Part shown: positions 1-9,665 of the stretch, piece after piece
Numbering within the stretch: the stretch's first letter is position 1
Layout: each line of letters starts with the position of its first letter
Virus record (IMG/VR): IMGVR_UViG_3300032007_002771
DNA length: 41,843 bases
Reading direction: 5' to 3' (one strand)
Origin: a virus
Program-made: the position numbers and the translations under genes
Notes under the pieces: generated by a model
Seen by the model: only the letters and a program-made list of their open reading frames with translations
The model's database searches: none
What the model was told of the DNA's origin: nothing

Positions 1-85
1 ACGGCCGTTGACGCTGGCCAACTTTTCACCAAAATTAAACCATATATAAAAAAAGAGATGGTATTTTTATACCATCTCTTTCTTA

Positions 86-946
86 TTAATATTCATAGAA
101 AATCTGCACTAGGGGTGAAGATTTATCAAGTACAAGAGTTTTATTATTACCATTTAAAGAATGCTTTGCCGCATCTAAAGAACGTACAAAGTTATAAAAT
201 TCTGCTTTATCATTATCATTATATGCTTCAGACAAAATCTTCATATATTCAGCTTCGCCTTCTGCTTTAATTGCTTCTGCATTTTTATTAGCTTCAGATT
301 TCATAACTTTTACTTCTTTTTCAGTATTATTTTTAATTTTTTCTGCTTCAGAATTACCCTTTGCAGTATATGATGCAGCAATATTATTACGTTCAGAAAT
401 CATTCTTTCATATACTGCCTGTTTATTATCACTGGGCATATCAAGAGCCTTTGTTTCAATGGCAAGAATTTCAATACCATATTCATTAAGAGAGGTTCCA
501 GTATTATCTTTAATATCTTTATCAAGTTTTCCATTTCGATTTTCAATAATGGACATCTGGTCCATATTAGAAATAACTGATTTCATAGAAGAAAATACTG
601 AAGCTGAAATACGAGACTGCGCCTGTGGAATCTGTCCATTTAGATGACGCGTAAATTTAATCGGATCACTAATTCGCCACAAAACAAAGGCATCCGCAAT
701 CATTGTCTTTTTATCACGAGTAATTACATCTGAAATAGGAATGTCATAAATCTGAATGTTATTTGGAAGAGTTGTTGTACTCTGAATCACAGGTGCTTTA
801 AAAGAAATACCAGGTTCTTTTTCTACTCTTATAATTTCACCAAACTGTTTAATCATTTTATATTCATTTGGATAAGTAACTACCAATGAATTTGAAAAAA
901 GAATAAAACAAATAATCATAATTATTACAAGAAAACTTTTTTTCAT
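86..946 (-). CDS. SPFH/band-7 membrane protein, HflC-like
   Basis: 286-aa ORF with N-terminal TM helix, PHB/band-7 core and C-terminal Ala/Glu/Lys-rich coiled coil. Immediately downstream of the HflK-like gene, in hflK-hflC order. TAA stop. Confidence 0.8.
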   Translation of the reverse strand: MKKSFLVIIMIICFILFSNSLVVTYPNEYKMIKQFGEIIRVEKEPGISFKAPVIQSTTTLPNNIQIYDIPISDVITRDKKTMIADAFVLWRISDPIKFTRHLNGQIPQAQSRISASVFSSMKSVISNMDQMSIIENRNGKLDKDIKDNTGTSLNEYGIEILAIETKALDMPSDNKQAVYERMISERNNIAASYTAKGNSEAEKIKNNTEKEVKVMKSEANKNAEAIKAEGEAEYMKILSEAYNDNDKAEFYNFVRSLDAAKHSLNGNNKTLVLDKSSPLVQIFYEY

Positions 947-952
947 ATTAAT

Positions 953-2014
953 TTATTCTCCTTTTGTAATATTAGTAGAAAAAGTTTCTAGCGGAAGAAG
1001 TTTCTGAGTTCCAGATTCATCAGTAATATAAATTTTCATTTCTGGCAGAATCTCTTCCATTGTTTCATAAAACATACGCTGTTTTGTGATTAGCGGATAT
1101 TTAGAATACTCAGCATACATCTGTTCAAAACGTGCCACCTGACCTTCAGCTTCATTAATTCGAGCCTGTTTCTGTGCTTCTGCTTCATTAATAATTTTAT
1201 CACAAGCAGCTTCTGCGCCAGGAATTTTTTCATTTCTATCTTTATTAGCATTATTAATAGCAGTTTCAGCACCCTGCTTTGCTGTTTCTACAGCTTTAAA
1301 AGCGCTCATAACATCATTTGTAGGCGGAAAAGCATCCTGCATAGTAATATTAACTACAGCCAGACCAATATCTTCCTGTATCATTCTATTACTAAGTTTT
1401 TCTTTAATTTCAGCCTGAATTGTAGCTTTACCAGTAGTGATAACATCATCTACATTATAAACACCAACAGTATCACGAATATATGATTGAGCAAGCATCT
1501 TTAAAGTATCCTCTGGATTGGCAGATGCATATAGATATTTAATAGGATCACTAATCATATATTCAAGATAAAAATCTGTATCAACAAAATTAAAATCTTT
1601 GGTAATCATAATTGCTTCATGGTCAATAGTTTCTTCACTACCTTCTTCATATCCAATAGGCATACCTAAAATCATTTTTGAAACAAAACGTGTTGACTGA
1701 ATAAAAGGAATTTTAAAATGTAATCCTGCCTGAGAAACAGTTTCTGGTTTACCAAAAGTCGTCACTACAGCATATTTATCTTCTTTTACTGTATACCAGC
1801 TATTTAGAATACAAATACCAACAATAATAGAAAAAATAATTATAAAAATAAATTTTAAAAATTTGGGTTTAGAATTTTCATCTGTATTATCGTATGATGT
1901 TTTAACAATATCAACTACTTCACCAATAGCTTCAGCTCCTCCATTCGCAAGCAATGCAACAATAATAACAAATGCAATAATAAGTAAAACAGCAATCAAA
2001 ATAATTTTCAACAT
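953..2014 (-). CDS. SPFH/band-7 membrane protein, HflK-like
   Basis: 353-aa ORF with N-terminal TM segments, SPFH core (VVTTFGKPETV...) and coiled-coil tail. 6-nt spacing to the HflC-like gene. Confidence 0.8.
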   Translation of the reverse strand: MLKIILIAVLLIIAFVIIVALLANGGAEAIGEVVDIVKTSYDNTDENSKPKFLKFIFIIIFSIIVGICILNSWYTVKEDKYAVVTTFGKPETVSQAGLHFKIPFIQSTRFVSKMILGMPIGYEEGSEETIDHEAIMITKDFNFVDTDFYLEYMISDPIKYLYASANPEDTLKMLAQSYIRDTVGVYNVDDVITTGKATIQAEIKEKLSNRMIQEDIGLAVVNITMQDAFPPTNDVMSAFKAVETAKQGAETAINNANKDRNEKIPGAEAACDKIINEAEAQKQARINEAEGQVARFEQMYAEYSKYPLITKQRMFYETMEEILPEMKIYITDESGTQKLLPLETFSTNITKGE

Positions 2015-2036
2015 ATATAATTATTTTTCCTTTCTT

Positions 2037-2609
2037 TTACAAAATATCAATACATTCTTTATATTTTTTATACATTTCTTCAATAATATTATCCAAAAGA
2101 ATTGGATAACAATTATGAGAGTCAACACCAACATGATACATATAAGGCATATCTAAATAAAAATTTGTTTGCTGATGAGTATGCCCATAAAGATTACAAG
2201 TACACTGTTTAAGAGTCTCTTTCTCAAGATTACCTGTCATAGTGGGATAATGAGAAAGATAAAAATGATAACCTTTATACTGAATCATATCAGCATATTT
2301 TACATTATCAACTACATTATAACAAGTTTCATACATTTCAACACGACTATTTGTATCATGATTGCCGCGAATAATATGAATTTTCCCTTTTAACTGCTGC
2401 ATATGATATTTAATTGCGGCCAGAGCATCTTCTCCACCCCCACCAAGCCCGCAATCACCAAGAACATATACATCATCTTCGAGACTAACTACTTCATTCC
2501 ATCTTTTAACAATGGCTTCATTCATCTCCTGGACGCTAGAGAATCCTCTTGGCCGCCAGATAAATTCACGGTCATGATTAAAATGCCAATCTGATGTCAT
2601 CCAAATCAT
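2037..2609 (-). CDS. calcineurin-like metallophosphoesterase (candidate RNA/DNA 3'-phosphatase)
   Basis: Motifs SDWHFNH, GDCG, RGNHD, GHTH. Stop overlaps the kinase start (2606-2609). Confidence 0.7.
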   Translation of the reverse strand: MIWMTSDWHFNHDREFIWRPRGFSSVQEMNEAIVKRWNEVVSLEDDVYVLGDCGLGGGGEDALAAIKYHMQQLKGKIHIIRGNHDTNSRVEMYETCYNVVDNVKYADMIQYKGYHFYLSHYPTMTGNLEKETLKQCTCNLYGHTHQQTNFYLDMPYMYHVGVDSHNCYPILLDNIIEEMYKKYKECIDIL

Positions 2610-3100
2610 TCTTTTGATTCCTCCACATAAATAACATTCTTAGGATACTTTGTATCATTTTCCGGACGCTCGAACTGATAGTACATTCGTCTAATTACAC
2701 CTCTTGGAACATAAGCACGACCTGTTCTTTGTTCATTACGTTCAAGAGTTTTATCAAGTGAAGGATGTATTACAATACAAGTAATATTTTTAACATTACT
2801 TAAATCAAGAGCATCAAGAAGTTTGTTTCTTGAACCTTCTGTGATATGAGTAGCATCACAATAAATATTTTCAGGCAGCTCTGGGTTATCTAAAGATTCC
2901 TGAATATATTTTACAAAAGTTTTAAAAACTTCATCTTCTTTTGCGAAATATTCATCAGAATCTTTAAGCATAGAAAATCTAATTGCATCTCTAGAAATAA
3001 TATAATCCCTATCTTCAACAAAATTATTTTCAAGCCAACTGCTCTTTCCCGCACCAGGAATTCCCGTCATTAAGAAGAGATTTTTCTTGTTCGCATTCAT
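2606..3100 (-). CDS. P-loop polynucleotide kinase-like protein (AAA_33-type)
   Basis: Walker A GIPGAGKSS. The ORF track starts it at 3166, but Met23 (3100) has a G-rich SD. The N-terminal extension would overlap the zinc-ribbon gene. Confidence 0.55.
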   Translation of the reverse strand: MNANKKNLFLMTGIPGAGKSSWLENNFVEDRDYIISRDAIRFSMLKDSDEYFAKEDEVFKTFVKYIQESLDNPELPENIYCDATHITEGSRNKLLDALDLSNVKNITCIVIHPSLDKTLERNEQRTGRAYVPRGVIRRMYYQFERPENDTKYPKNVIYVEESKE

Positions 3101-3320
3101 CTTTATACACCCCCGCTTCAAAATCTTGTTTAAATTCATGTCCTTCAAATTCATTGCGACATTCAATTTGATTTATTGTAATTTTACAATGTGGACAATA
3201 TAACTTTTTACGATGAAATCTCTCTTTCTTTTTTGCCACATTGCGAGGCAGCGTCATAGTGCGCTGCCCGCAATTTATACAATAAAAATCATGTAATTCA
3301 AATTTCCATCCTCTTTTCAT
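3030..3320 (-). CDS. zinc-ribbon protein (CxxC...CxxC)
   Basis: 96 aa with CINCG...CPHCK. Strong SD (GGAGAAATAT) before ATG at 3320. Ends with TGA, which shows TGA is a stop here. Confidence 0.5.
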   Translation of the reverse strand: MKRGWKFELHDFYCINCGQRTMTLPRNVAKKKERFHRKKLYCPHCKITINQIECRNEFEGHEFKQDFEAGVYKDECEQEKSLLNDGNSWCGKEQLA

Positions 3321-3328
3321 ATTTCTCC

Positions 3329-3643
3329 TTATCTATCTTCAATAACAAATATCTCACCTTTTTGTTTTATAATTTTATATTTTGAATTAAATTCATTTAA
3401 ATCTTGATTTTCATTAAAAATAACCTGATATTGCTTTTTTCCGCTATCTATTTGATAATTATAAAAACCCATAATTAAAGCTGAAATAATACAAATAAGA
3501 GAAAATATAGCTATTTGCGCAGAATATTTTTCTAAAATAGGTAATGCAAAAAGAATTAAAAGACCCACAAGAAACAGGATAAACATTAACATTATATACC
3601 AACCAGGTGTTATCATAATAGCTTCACTATATAAAATTGTCAT
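3329..3643 (-). CDS. small membrane protein
   Basis: 104 aa with two predicted TM helices. Confidence 0.5.
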   Translation of the reverse strand: MTILYSEAIMITPGWYIMLMFILFLVGLLILFALPILEKYSAQIAIFSLICIISALIMGFYNYQIDSGKKQYQVIFNENQDLNEFNSKYKIIKQKGEIFVIEDR

Positions 3644-3649
3644 TTTGAT

Positions 3650-4411
3650 TTACCCGCAATAAATTTTATTATCTTTAAAAATATGTTCTTCCCAAGTATC
3701 AAGATCTAAAAGAAGAAGTTCTCCTGTTACAATAGTACCTCTATCAATATTAACTTTATGATTATTACAATACCAATATGCTCCATCAATTCTATTAAAA
3801 TTTCTTTTTTCATTTAACATGAAGTCTTTTAAATAAGGAATAGGAGTATGACCATGAACAATTATTGTATCAGGAAAATATTCATTCCATTTGTCATTAA
3901 AATGAGTGCGGTTCCAAATCAAATTATTATTATCTGGACTTATATTAAGAGATGGAGTAAAACCTGCATGAGTTAAAATAACTTTTTGTCCTTTGGTATT
4001 GATATATTCTGCTCCATAAGCTAACTCTTTAAGCTGTTCAATTTTTATTCTTTTTAGAGATGCTTTTTTCCAATCTTGAAAAGTCTTTTTTCCACCATTA
4101 TAGCGAAGTAATTGAAAATCACGGTCTGATTGGAGATAATAATCAATCTCATCTGATTCTGCACCAATACTCATACGTTGAATTCTATAATATGAATCAA
4201 CGGTATCAATCAACATTTTTTCATGATTTCCCATTAAATAAATAAAACGGTCATCATTAAGAACTGTTTCAATAATTTTCCAACCATCATCTCCACGATC
4301 GCCACAATCTCCTAAACAAATAACTCTATCTTCTGGTTGGATAAAATCTAATAGCTGCTGAAATACTTCCCAACATCCATGGACATCAGAAAAAGCATAT
4401 ACATGTTTCAT
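3650..4411 (-). CDS. PPP-family Ser/Thr phosphatase / ApaH-like metallophosphatase
   Basis: Motifs DVHG, GDCGDRG, GNHE; lambda-phosphatase-like layout. Confidence 0.7.
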   Translation of the reverse strand: MKHVYAFSDVHGCWEVFQQLLDFIQPEDRVICLGDCGDRGDDGWKIIETVLNDDRFIYLMGNHEKMLIDTVDSYYRIQRMSIGAESDEIDYYLQSDRDFQLLRYNGGKKTFQDWKKASLKRIKIEQLKELAYGAEYINTKGQKVILTHAGFTPSLNISPDNNNLIWNRTHFNDKWNEYFPDTIIVHGHTPIPYLKDFMLNEKRNFNRIDGAYWYCNNHKVNIDRGTIVTGELLLLDLDTWEEHIFKDNKIYCG

Positions 4412-4413
4412 AA

Positions 4414-4788
4414 TTACAAACTTGCCCTCCTATAATCTGGAGTATTATCATATGTCGGTCTAGGATTTTCACTCCAAACACCAGAATCAATAATAAAATT
4501 ATTCATGGTATTAAATAGTTCCCAATGTAAAAATTTAACACCACCAGTAAAAGTGTCAAAATAAAAATCTTTATTTTTAGAAGTTTTTCTATCAATAAAA
4601 CGTAAAACAAATTTCATTTCAATTCCAGAGCCATCATAAAAATTTTTAAAGATGGCATTTATCTGTCTAGCATAATATCTGCCTTTCCAGAGAGGGTCAT
4701 TTTTAATTGCAAGATTCATATTTTTTATAACTTTATTTACTTCTTTTTGAAGTTTCTTTCTTTTTTTATCTCGCATTAAGAACACCAA
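4414..4788 (-). CDS. hypothetical protein
   Basis: 124-aa ORF directly downstream of promoter copy P1. Confidence 0.5.
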   Translation of the reverse strand: MVFLMRDKKRKKLQKEVNKVIKNMNLAIKNDPLWKGRYYARQINAIFKNFYDGSGIEMKFVLRFIDRKTSKNKDFYFDTFTGGVKFLHWELFNTMNNFIIDSGVWSENPRPTYDNTPDYRRASL

Positions 4789-4810
4789 CTTTCTTTTTTT
4801 ATTATTTTTT

Positions 4811-4853
4811 AACTTTCTATATATATTATAATAAAAATTTTTATAAAAATCAA
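4811..4853 (-). promoter_or_regulatory. sigma70-type promoter P1 (TTGATT-N17-TATAAT on minus strand)
   Basis: The reverse complement reads TTGATTTTTATAAAAATTTTTATTATAATATATATAGAAAGTT. About 25 nt upstream of ATG 4788. Confidence 0.6.
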
Positions 4854-4854
4854 T

Positions 4855-4888
4855 AGCGGTCTTTTTAAAGACCGCCTTGATTTTTTAT
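4855..4888 (-). terminator. hairpin terminator
   Basis: GCGGTCTTTTTAAAGACCGC with flanking T/A runs. Lies between the RNA ligase operon and promoter P1. Confidence 0.5.
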
Positions 4889-4895
4889 ATTTTAA

Positions 4896-4991
4896 TTAAT
4901 GATTATTTGCAGATAATAGTGCTGTAATAACAAGACCGCAAATAACTCCAAATGAAAAAACACCAATATAAGTAATAATAGTAAGAATCAT
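4896..4991 (-). CDS. hydrophobic micro-protein (31 aa)
   Basis: MILTIITYIGVFSFGVICGLVITALLSANNH. Strong SD (AAGGAGAAATAAT) before ATG at 4991. Not in the ORF track because it is under the size cutoff. Confidence 0.4.
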   Translation of the reverse strand: MILTIITYIGVFSFGVICGLVITALLSANNH

Positions 4992-5002
4992 ATTATTTCT
5001 CC

Positions 5003-6241
5003 TTACTGATGGAATTCAAGAAGAAATTCATTAGATACTGCCTTAAAAGATTTAGAACCATCTGGATATCTAAATACAATTCCTTCACGAGGCTTTCCAT
5101 CAATAACAGATTTTCCAGTAGCAGTAGTAAGCAGCTCATCAACAGTATCAGGAAGAATGAAATGGTCATCAAGAATAGGAACCCATTCAAGTTCATAAGA
5201 ACGAACTATATCTGCGGCTTCCTTGGAACCAAGTCTGCCCTTATTAGATACTACAAGGTTAAAGACTCTAAAATCATGTCCATCCATAGAATAATCTCTC
5301 TTCTGGATACCAGCTCCATAAGTCTCACCCTGAATAGTTACCCATTCAGCATCAGTAAAGACATTATCTAGAAGCTGTCTAAGGACATATTCCATGTTAT
5401 ACTTTTCAGCCATTTCAGTATAAACATTAGTTTCATAAAAGCACTTCTTATCAGGCTTATCAAAAACTACATTTCGAGAGCATACAAAAAAGTCATACTT
5501 AGTTCTAAAAAACTTCTTGTACTTTCTCATAGTGAAGGTAGTGGAAGTACCATCAATCTTTTCGGTTGCAATCCAAGGATTCTTGTCGTTTAGAATCCAA
5601 GGCATATTCTGAACTCGCTCCTCATCAGTCTTAGAAACCCAGCTCGGCCATCCAGTCTTCTTATCTTTTGCACTACCAAAAAAGATAAAAAGAACCTTTT
5701 TACCCCAGTTTCTTTTCATAAGCCATCTAAAAGGCTGCTTAGAAAATAGCTTAGAATGACGCTGTGCCATTTTCTTATACTTATCTGCGGAACCAGACTT
5801 GCGGACATTATCTTCGGGTACTGCATAAGTTACACCAAGTTTTTCAGTAAGGAAACGAGATTCATCATCAATATGATAAAGATTATCATTAGTATCTTTA
5901 ATAGAAATAGCTTCTCCATCTACAGTTCTAATAATAGACCATCCAAAATTCGCCGCGGACATAAGAAGACCCTGAGAAAGAGACTTACACATCTTCTGAG
6001 TCTTAATCTTATAATGCTTTTTGGCAAGGAATTCCATATTAGTAAATGGTTCTACTTCTGGAAGCTGAGAGTCAATTTCAAAATAAATTGCTGGATCTCC
6101 TACCTTAAACTCTCCTTTACCAACAACAATAGTCCATCCACCAACATGTGCCAGTTCTACTCTATCATAGCCAGGAATGGCAGTAATATCATCAATTTTT
6201 ACAACATATGCAAGTTCACGAACATTATCCTTATTTAGCAT
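5003..6241 (-). CDS. ATP-dependent RNA ligase (Rnl family) with N-terminal extension
   Basis: Nucleotidyltransferase motif I KIDGTS, motif IV EGIVFR, motif V KAVSNEF. Downstream of promoter P2. Confidence 0.75.
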   Translation of the reverse strand: MLNKDNVRELAYVVKIDDITAIPGYDRVELAHVGGWTIVVGKGEFKVGDPAIYFEIDSQLPEVEPFTNMEFLAKKHYKIKTQKMCKSLSQGLLMSAANFGWSIIRTVDGEAISIKDTNDNLYHIDDESRFLTEKLGVTYAVPEDNVRKSGSADKYKKMAQRHSKLFSKQPFRWLMKRNWGKKVLFIFFGSAKDKKTGWPSWVSKTDEERVQNMPWILNDKNPWIATEKIDGTSTTFTMRKYKKFFRTKYDFFVCSRNVVFDKPDKKCFYETNVYTEMAEKYNMEYVLRQLLDNVFTDAEWVTIQGETYGAGIQKRDYSMDGHDFRVFNLVVSNKGRLGSKEAADIVRSYELEWVPILDDHFILPDTVDELLTTATGKSVIDGKPREGIVFRYPDGSKSFKAVSNEFLLEFHQ

Positions 6242-6270
6242 ATTTTATCACCTCATAAAATTACTTTTTT

Positions 6271-6314
6271 AACTTTTCTATAAATATTATAATAAAATTT
6301 TTATAAAAAATCAA
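6271..6314 (-). promoter_or_regulatory. sigma70-type promoter P2
   Basis: Same 43-nt motif. Upstream of the RNA ligase gene. Confidence 0.6.
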
Positions 6315-6319
6315 TAATA

Positions 6320-7123
6320 TTATATACCTCCATAAAACAAAGGAGATTTTGACATATACCAAACCAAATCTTGCTTTTTGTCATAATTTTTCCAACGCTC
6401 AAAAATTTTATTTAATTCATCAGTTTTTTCAAAAAACTGTTCTACATGAGGTCTTTCAAATCTGTCTGCATGATAATGTCCAAAAAGCCATATATTCCAA
6501 GAGAAAGTAGATTTTATTTCATCCAACCACAATTCTGTAGTTTTATCTACAGAAGATTGATCTACCATAGACAAAAATAGATCACGAGGTTCCCAAGAGA
6601 TAGGACAAGTATGAGTTAAAACAAAATCATATGATTTATTTTTACAAAGGTTTGCGGCAGCCGCTCTTTCTGCATCATTAAGCTGCTCTTCTTCGAACCA
6701 TCCACACCAGCCATTTTCTTTCATTCGAGTTTGAATTCGCCAATATTTATCAACAGAATAAGCTCCGCCAATAACAAGAACCTTATATCCATTAATTTCA
6801 TATTCTCCATAATCTTTAAAGTAATGAATATTTGGATATTCTGGCTCCCAGTATACTTCACCATTTACATTTTTATCATAAATTAACTGCATTCCAGGAA
6901 TGTTCTGGGGTCTTTCTTCGTGATTACCGCGGACCGCATATAACTGAAAATCATATTTATTACAGAAACTTCTTTTCCAGTCTTTATCTCTTTCATCAAG
7001 AAGATAATTAAATCCAAGGTCTCCTAAAACAATTAAGGCAACATTAGAATCGTGTTGCCAAGTATAATATTTAAAACGATTATTATAATTTCTATGTACA
7101 TCGCCAGTTACATACCATTTCAT
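6320..7123 (-). CDS. calcineurin-like metallophosphoesterase
   Basis: Motifs GDVHRN, GDLGFNY, RGNHE, GHYH. Confidence 0.65.
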   Translation of the reverse strand: MKWYVTGDVHRNYNNRFKYYTWQHDSNVALIVLGDLGFNYLLDERDKDWKRSFCNKYDFQLYAVRGNHEERPQNIPGMQLIYDKNVNGEVYWEPEYPNIHYFKDYGEYEINGYKVLVIGGAYSVDKYWRIQTRMKENGWCGWFEEEQLNDAERAAAANLCKNKSYDFVLTHTCPISWEPRDLFLSMVDQSSVDKTTELWLDEIKSTFSWNIWLFGHYHADRFERPHVEQFFEKTDELNKIFERWKNYDKKQDLVWYMSKSPLFYGGI

Positions 7124-7941
7124 TCTGCAATTGACACCTCACTTTTTAAATATATCATCATTAATTTTTTCTGAATTGCAATTAAATTCAGATTTACTTC
7201 TGTATTACTTTTATTATATATTTCTGCATTGTCAATAACATATTTTCTAATTTCTTTAATATGTTTAATAGATTCTTCTGCCATTCTTTTAGCAATATCT
7301 TTATTATATTTACCCTGTTTAATAGCAATTAGTTCTGCAGTAACATCTTGCGGTGGCCGCATACAACTCATATAATTATTTCCTTCAATATATTTTTCAA
7401 GGAAATATTCAATTCGTTTTAAATGATGAAGCTGCTTAGGTGCATATCCAAATTTTTTAATGCTTTTTTCTGTTGCTTCAGAAATCTTAAATAGCATTTT
7501 AAATTTATTATAAGCAACACCATACATTGCCATTACAGCAGCATGCTGATTATATCGTGCAATCTTTTCTCTATTGGTAACTAAAACATTCCATAAAGAA
7601 CTATATCGCGGATTTAAAATAAAATATGGTGTAAATAATACTTCTAAGAAATTAAGATTTTGTTTCCTAAAAGTAGTCATTACTAAACGAATATCTTTAA
7701 CACTAATATGCTCATTATTATCACGAATCCAAGTAGTGGAAATAGGAGTTTTATTATAAATAATGTCATCTAAAGAAGGGAAAATAAAGAGCTTAGTATC
7801 TATATCAGAATTTTCCATATCCATATTATAATTCTGACTACCTTCAAGAAAAATACCAATAATCCTTTCTTCTGGAATTCTTTTTAATGCATCATTATAA
7901 TGTTCTTGGACTCGTGCCATAATAGCTTCATATCGTGTCAT
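7120..7941 (-). CDS. predicted nucleotidyltransferase (Pol-beta superfamily)
   Basis: G-S-x(n)-D-x-D signature LEGSQNYNMDMENSDIDTKLF. 4-nt overlap with the upstream HD gene. Confidence 0.5.
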   Translation of the reverse strand: MTRYEAIMARVQEHYNDALKRIPEERIIGIFLEGSQNYNMDMENSDIDTKLFIFPSLDDIIYNKTPISTTWIRDNNEHISVKDIRLVMTTFRKQNLNFLEVLFTPYFILNPRYSSLWNVLVTNREKIARYNQHAAVMAMYGVAYNKFKMLFKISEATEKSIKKFGYAPKQLHHLKRIEYFLEKYIEGNNYMSCMRPPQDVTAELIAIKQGKYNKDIAKRMAEESIKHIKEIRKYVIDNAEIYNKSNTEVNLNLIAIQKKLMMIYLKSEVSIAE

Positions 7942-8357
7942 AGAAACTCCTTTATATAAGGTAAATATTTCTTTAATAGTTTATCAGTTAAAGTATCTTC
8001 TTGCATAAAGTGATCTTTCATATCAGCTTTTTTTACAAGAATAGCAAGATTATTTTTACTAGTAAAAATACTTTCAATATAATCTGCATATGTATCAACT
8101 TCATCTTTAGTTAAAGTAATTACTGTATCTAAATAGACACTTCCAATTGCCGCTTCTAATTCTTCAGTAGGACATTCAGTATCTTCAAGCAAATCATGTG
8201 CAATTCCAACAACAAAAGCTGCAATAGTATCAACATTATTTCTGCTTTTAGCATCTTCATAAGCATAATTTGCTACTCTAATAGCATGTTTTAATTTATT
8301 TTTAGGATAATATTTTTCTGCAAGGCTCATTACCTGAGCTATTTCTTTCATGGTCAT
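7938..8357 (-). CDS. small HD-domain hydrolase, (p)ppGpp-hydrolase (Mesh1/SAH)-like
   Basis: 139 aa with RelA/SpoT-hydrolase-like motif IAHDLLEDT. SD AGGAGA before ATG at 8357. Confidence 0.5.
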   Translation of the reverse strand: MTMKEIAQVMSLAEKYYPKNKLKHAIRVANYAYEDAKSRNNVDTIAAFVVGIAHDLLEDTECPTEELEAAIGSVYLDTVITLTKDEVDTYADYIESIFTSKNNLAILVKKADMKDHFMQEDTLTDKLLKKYLPYIKEFL

Positions 8358-8363
8358 AATATT

Positions 8364-8636
8364 TTATTCTCCTATATTTTTTCTTCTTTGTTGAAGTTCA
8401 ATAAGCCATTCTCGTAATTGCATATGTTCTTCTAAGCATGTTTTACAAATTCCAATTTTATGAATAGTTTGAGCATCTTGCTCTAATAATTTATCTATCT
8501 TTTCTGTTGGAAGATATTTTGTTTTATTATATAGAGTATCAAAATTATTATTTGATTGTCTTTGTAAATCTTGAATTTCATTATTTTTATCAGCAATAAT
8601 TTCATCAAGATGTTTAATTGCCTACTCTAAAGTCAT
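8364..8636 (-). CDS. small hypothetical protein with in-frame TAG at codon 5
   Basis: SD AAGGAGT 10 nt before ATG at 8636. Reads M-T-L-E-TAG-AIKHLDEIIADKNNEIQDL..., ending TAA at 8364. First gene after promoter P3. Confidence 0.4.
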
Positions 8637-8657
8637 AATAATTATTACTCCTTTTTT

Positions 8658-8700
8658 AACTTTATATATATATTATAATAAAAATTTTTATAAAAATCAA
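8658..8700 (-). promoter_or_regulatory. sigma70-type promoter P3
   Basis: Same motif. Upstream of small ORF 8364-8636. Confidence 0.6.
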
Positions 8701-8778
8701 AATTGGGTAATTTTATTTCATTTTTATATTTCTTTTTTTATAATTTATAGAATAATTAACAAAAGGAGGAATTATATT

Positions 8779-9129
8779 ATGCCAGGATTAAGAGAAGCTT
8801 ATATCTGTTCTAGTGAAGATCGTCGTCATTATAATAATATAAGAAGCAATAATGATTATTATTTTCATCGTTATTGCATGCCAAGTCCTCCAATTCATAA
8901 AAAAGAAAAACCTATATATATAATTGATAATACAGAATCTACAAGTGGTAATATTATATCATAGGAGCAAATAAAACAATTAATTAATGAAAATATTGCT
9001 CAATTAAAAGATGCCATTATACAAGAAATTAGTAATGCTCTTAATATTCAAATTACTAATGAAGATATTAATGCTGTCATTAATGAAATTTATGGCGGTT
9101 CCGCTTCAGAAGTATTTAAGGAGGAATAA
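8779..9129 (+). CDS. hypothetical late protein (one in-frame TAG at 8962)
   Basis: Strong SD AAAGGAGG. ORF-track ORF 8779-8964 continues in frame through TAG to TAA at 9127. Confidence 0.5.
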
Positions 9130-9132
9130 AAA

Positions 9133-9651
9133 ATGAAAAAAACTCTTGATGCTATTATTCGTTTGCGAAGAGATAATGATTATAATTATGAATTAATTAA
9201 AGATACTTTTATTCCTTCTAATGGAGAAGTTGTGTTAGTAGATACTGCAAAAGATGGTTTAAGAGCAAAAGTTGGAAATGGTGTTAATACATATGCTGAA
9301 TTACAATTTACTGATGAAGATATTCGTAATGCAGTATTACAAGGCTATTATGCTAATAATATTTTTTATAAAGATTAGACTTTATCAACTCCATTCAATG
9401 CTATGATTAATAAAGTTTATATAGATAAACCTCATAGTAGAATTTATTATTATAATGGTGAACAATATATTCCATTAGATTCAACTTTTACTACTGCTTC
9501 AAGTGAAATAGCAGGTACAGTTAAATTATATAATACTGTTGGACAAAATATAGATGGGACTATGACTCAAAAAAGTATTACTGATGAATTATATTTAAGA
9601 TATAAAACAAATATTGATACTGAAAATGAGTTATTAGTTTTTACTTTATAA
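9133..9651 (+). CDS. hypothetical structural protein (in-frame TAG at 9376)
   Basis: SD AAGGAGG. ORF-track ORFs 9133-9378 and 9403-9651 are in the same frame, separated only by TAG. Confidence 0.55.
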
Positions 9652-9665
9652 AGGAGGATTAAAAT

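Noticed and set aside
459-2594. Plus-strand ORF-track ORFs (459-647, 1863-2156, 2169-2393, 2403-2594 and similar ones such as 4060-4245, 5009-5371, 5756-6238, 7574-7759, 13878-14207, 14673-15419, 16064-16312, 16572-16823, 17066-17272, 24170-24460, 25367-25639, 26525-26815, 34375-34620, 36105-36410, 38208-38435) inside minus-strand genes
   Set aside because: They sit antisense within longer, motif-bearing minus-strand genes, have low-complexity or composition-driven translations, and lack SD sequences. Treated as shadow ORFs.
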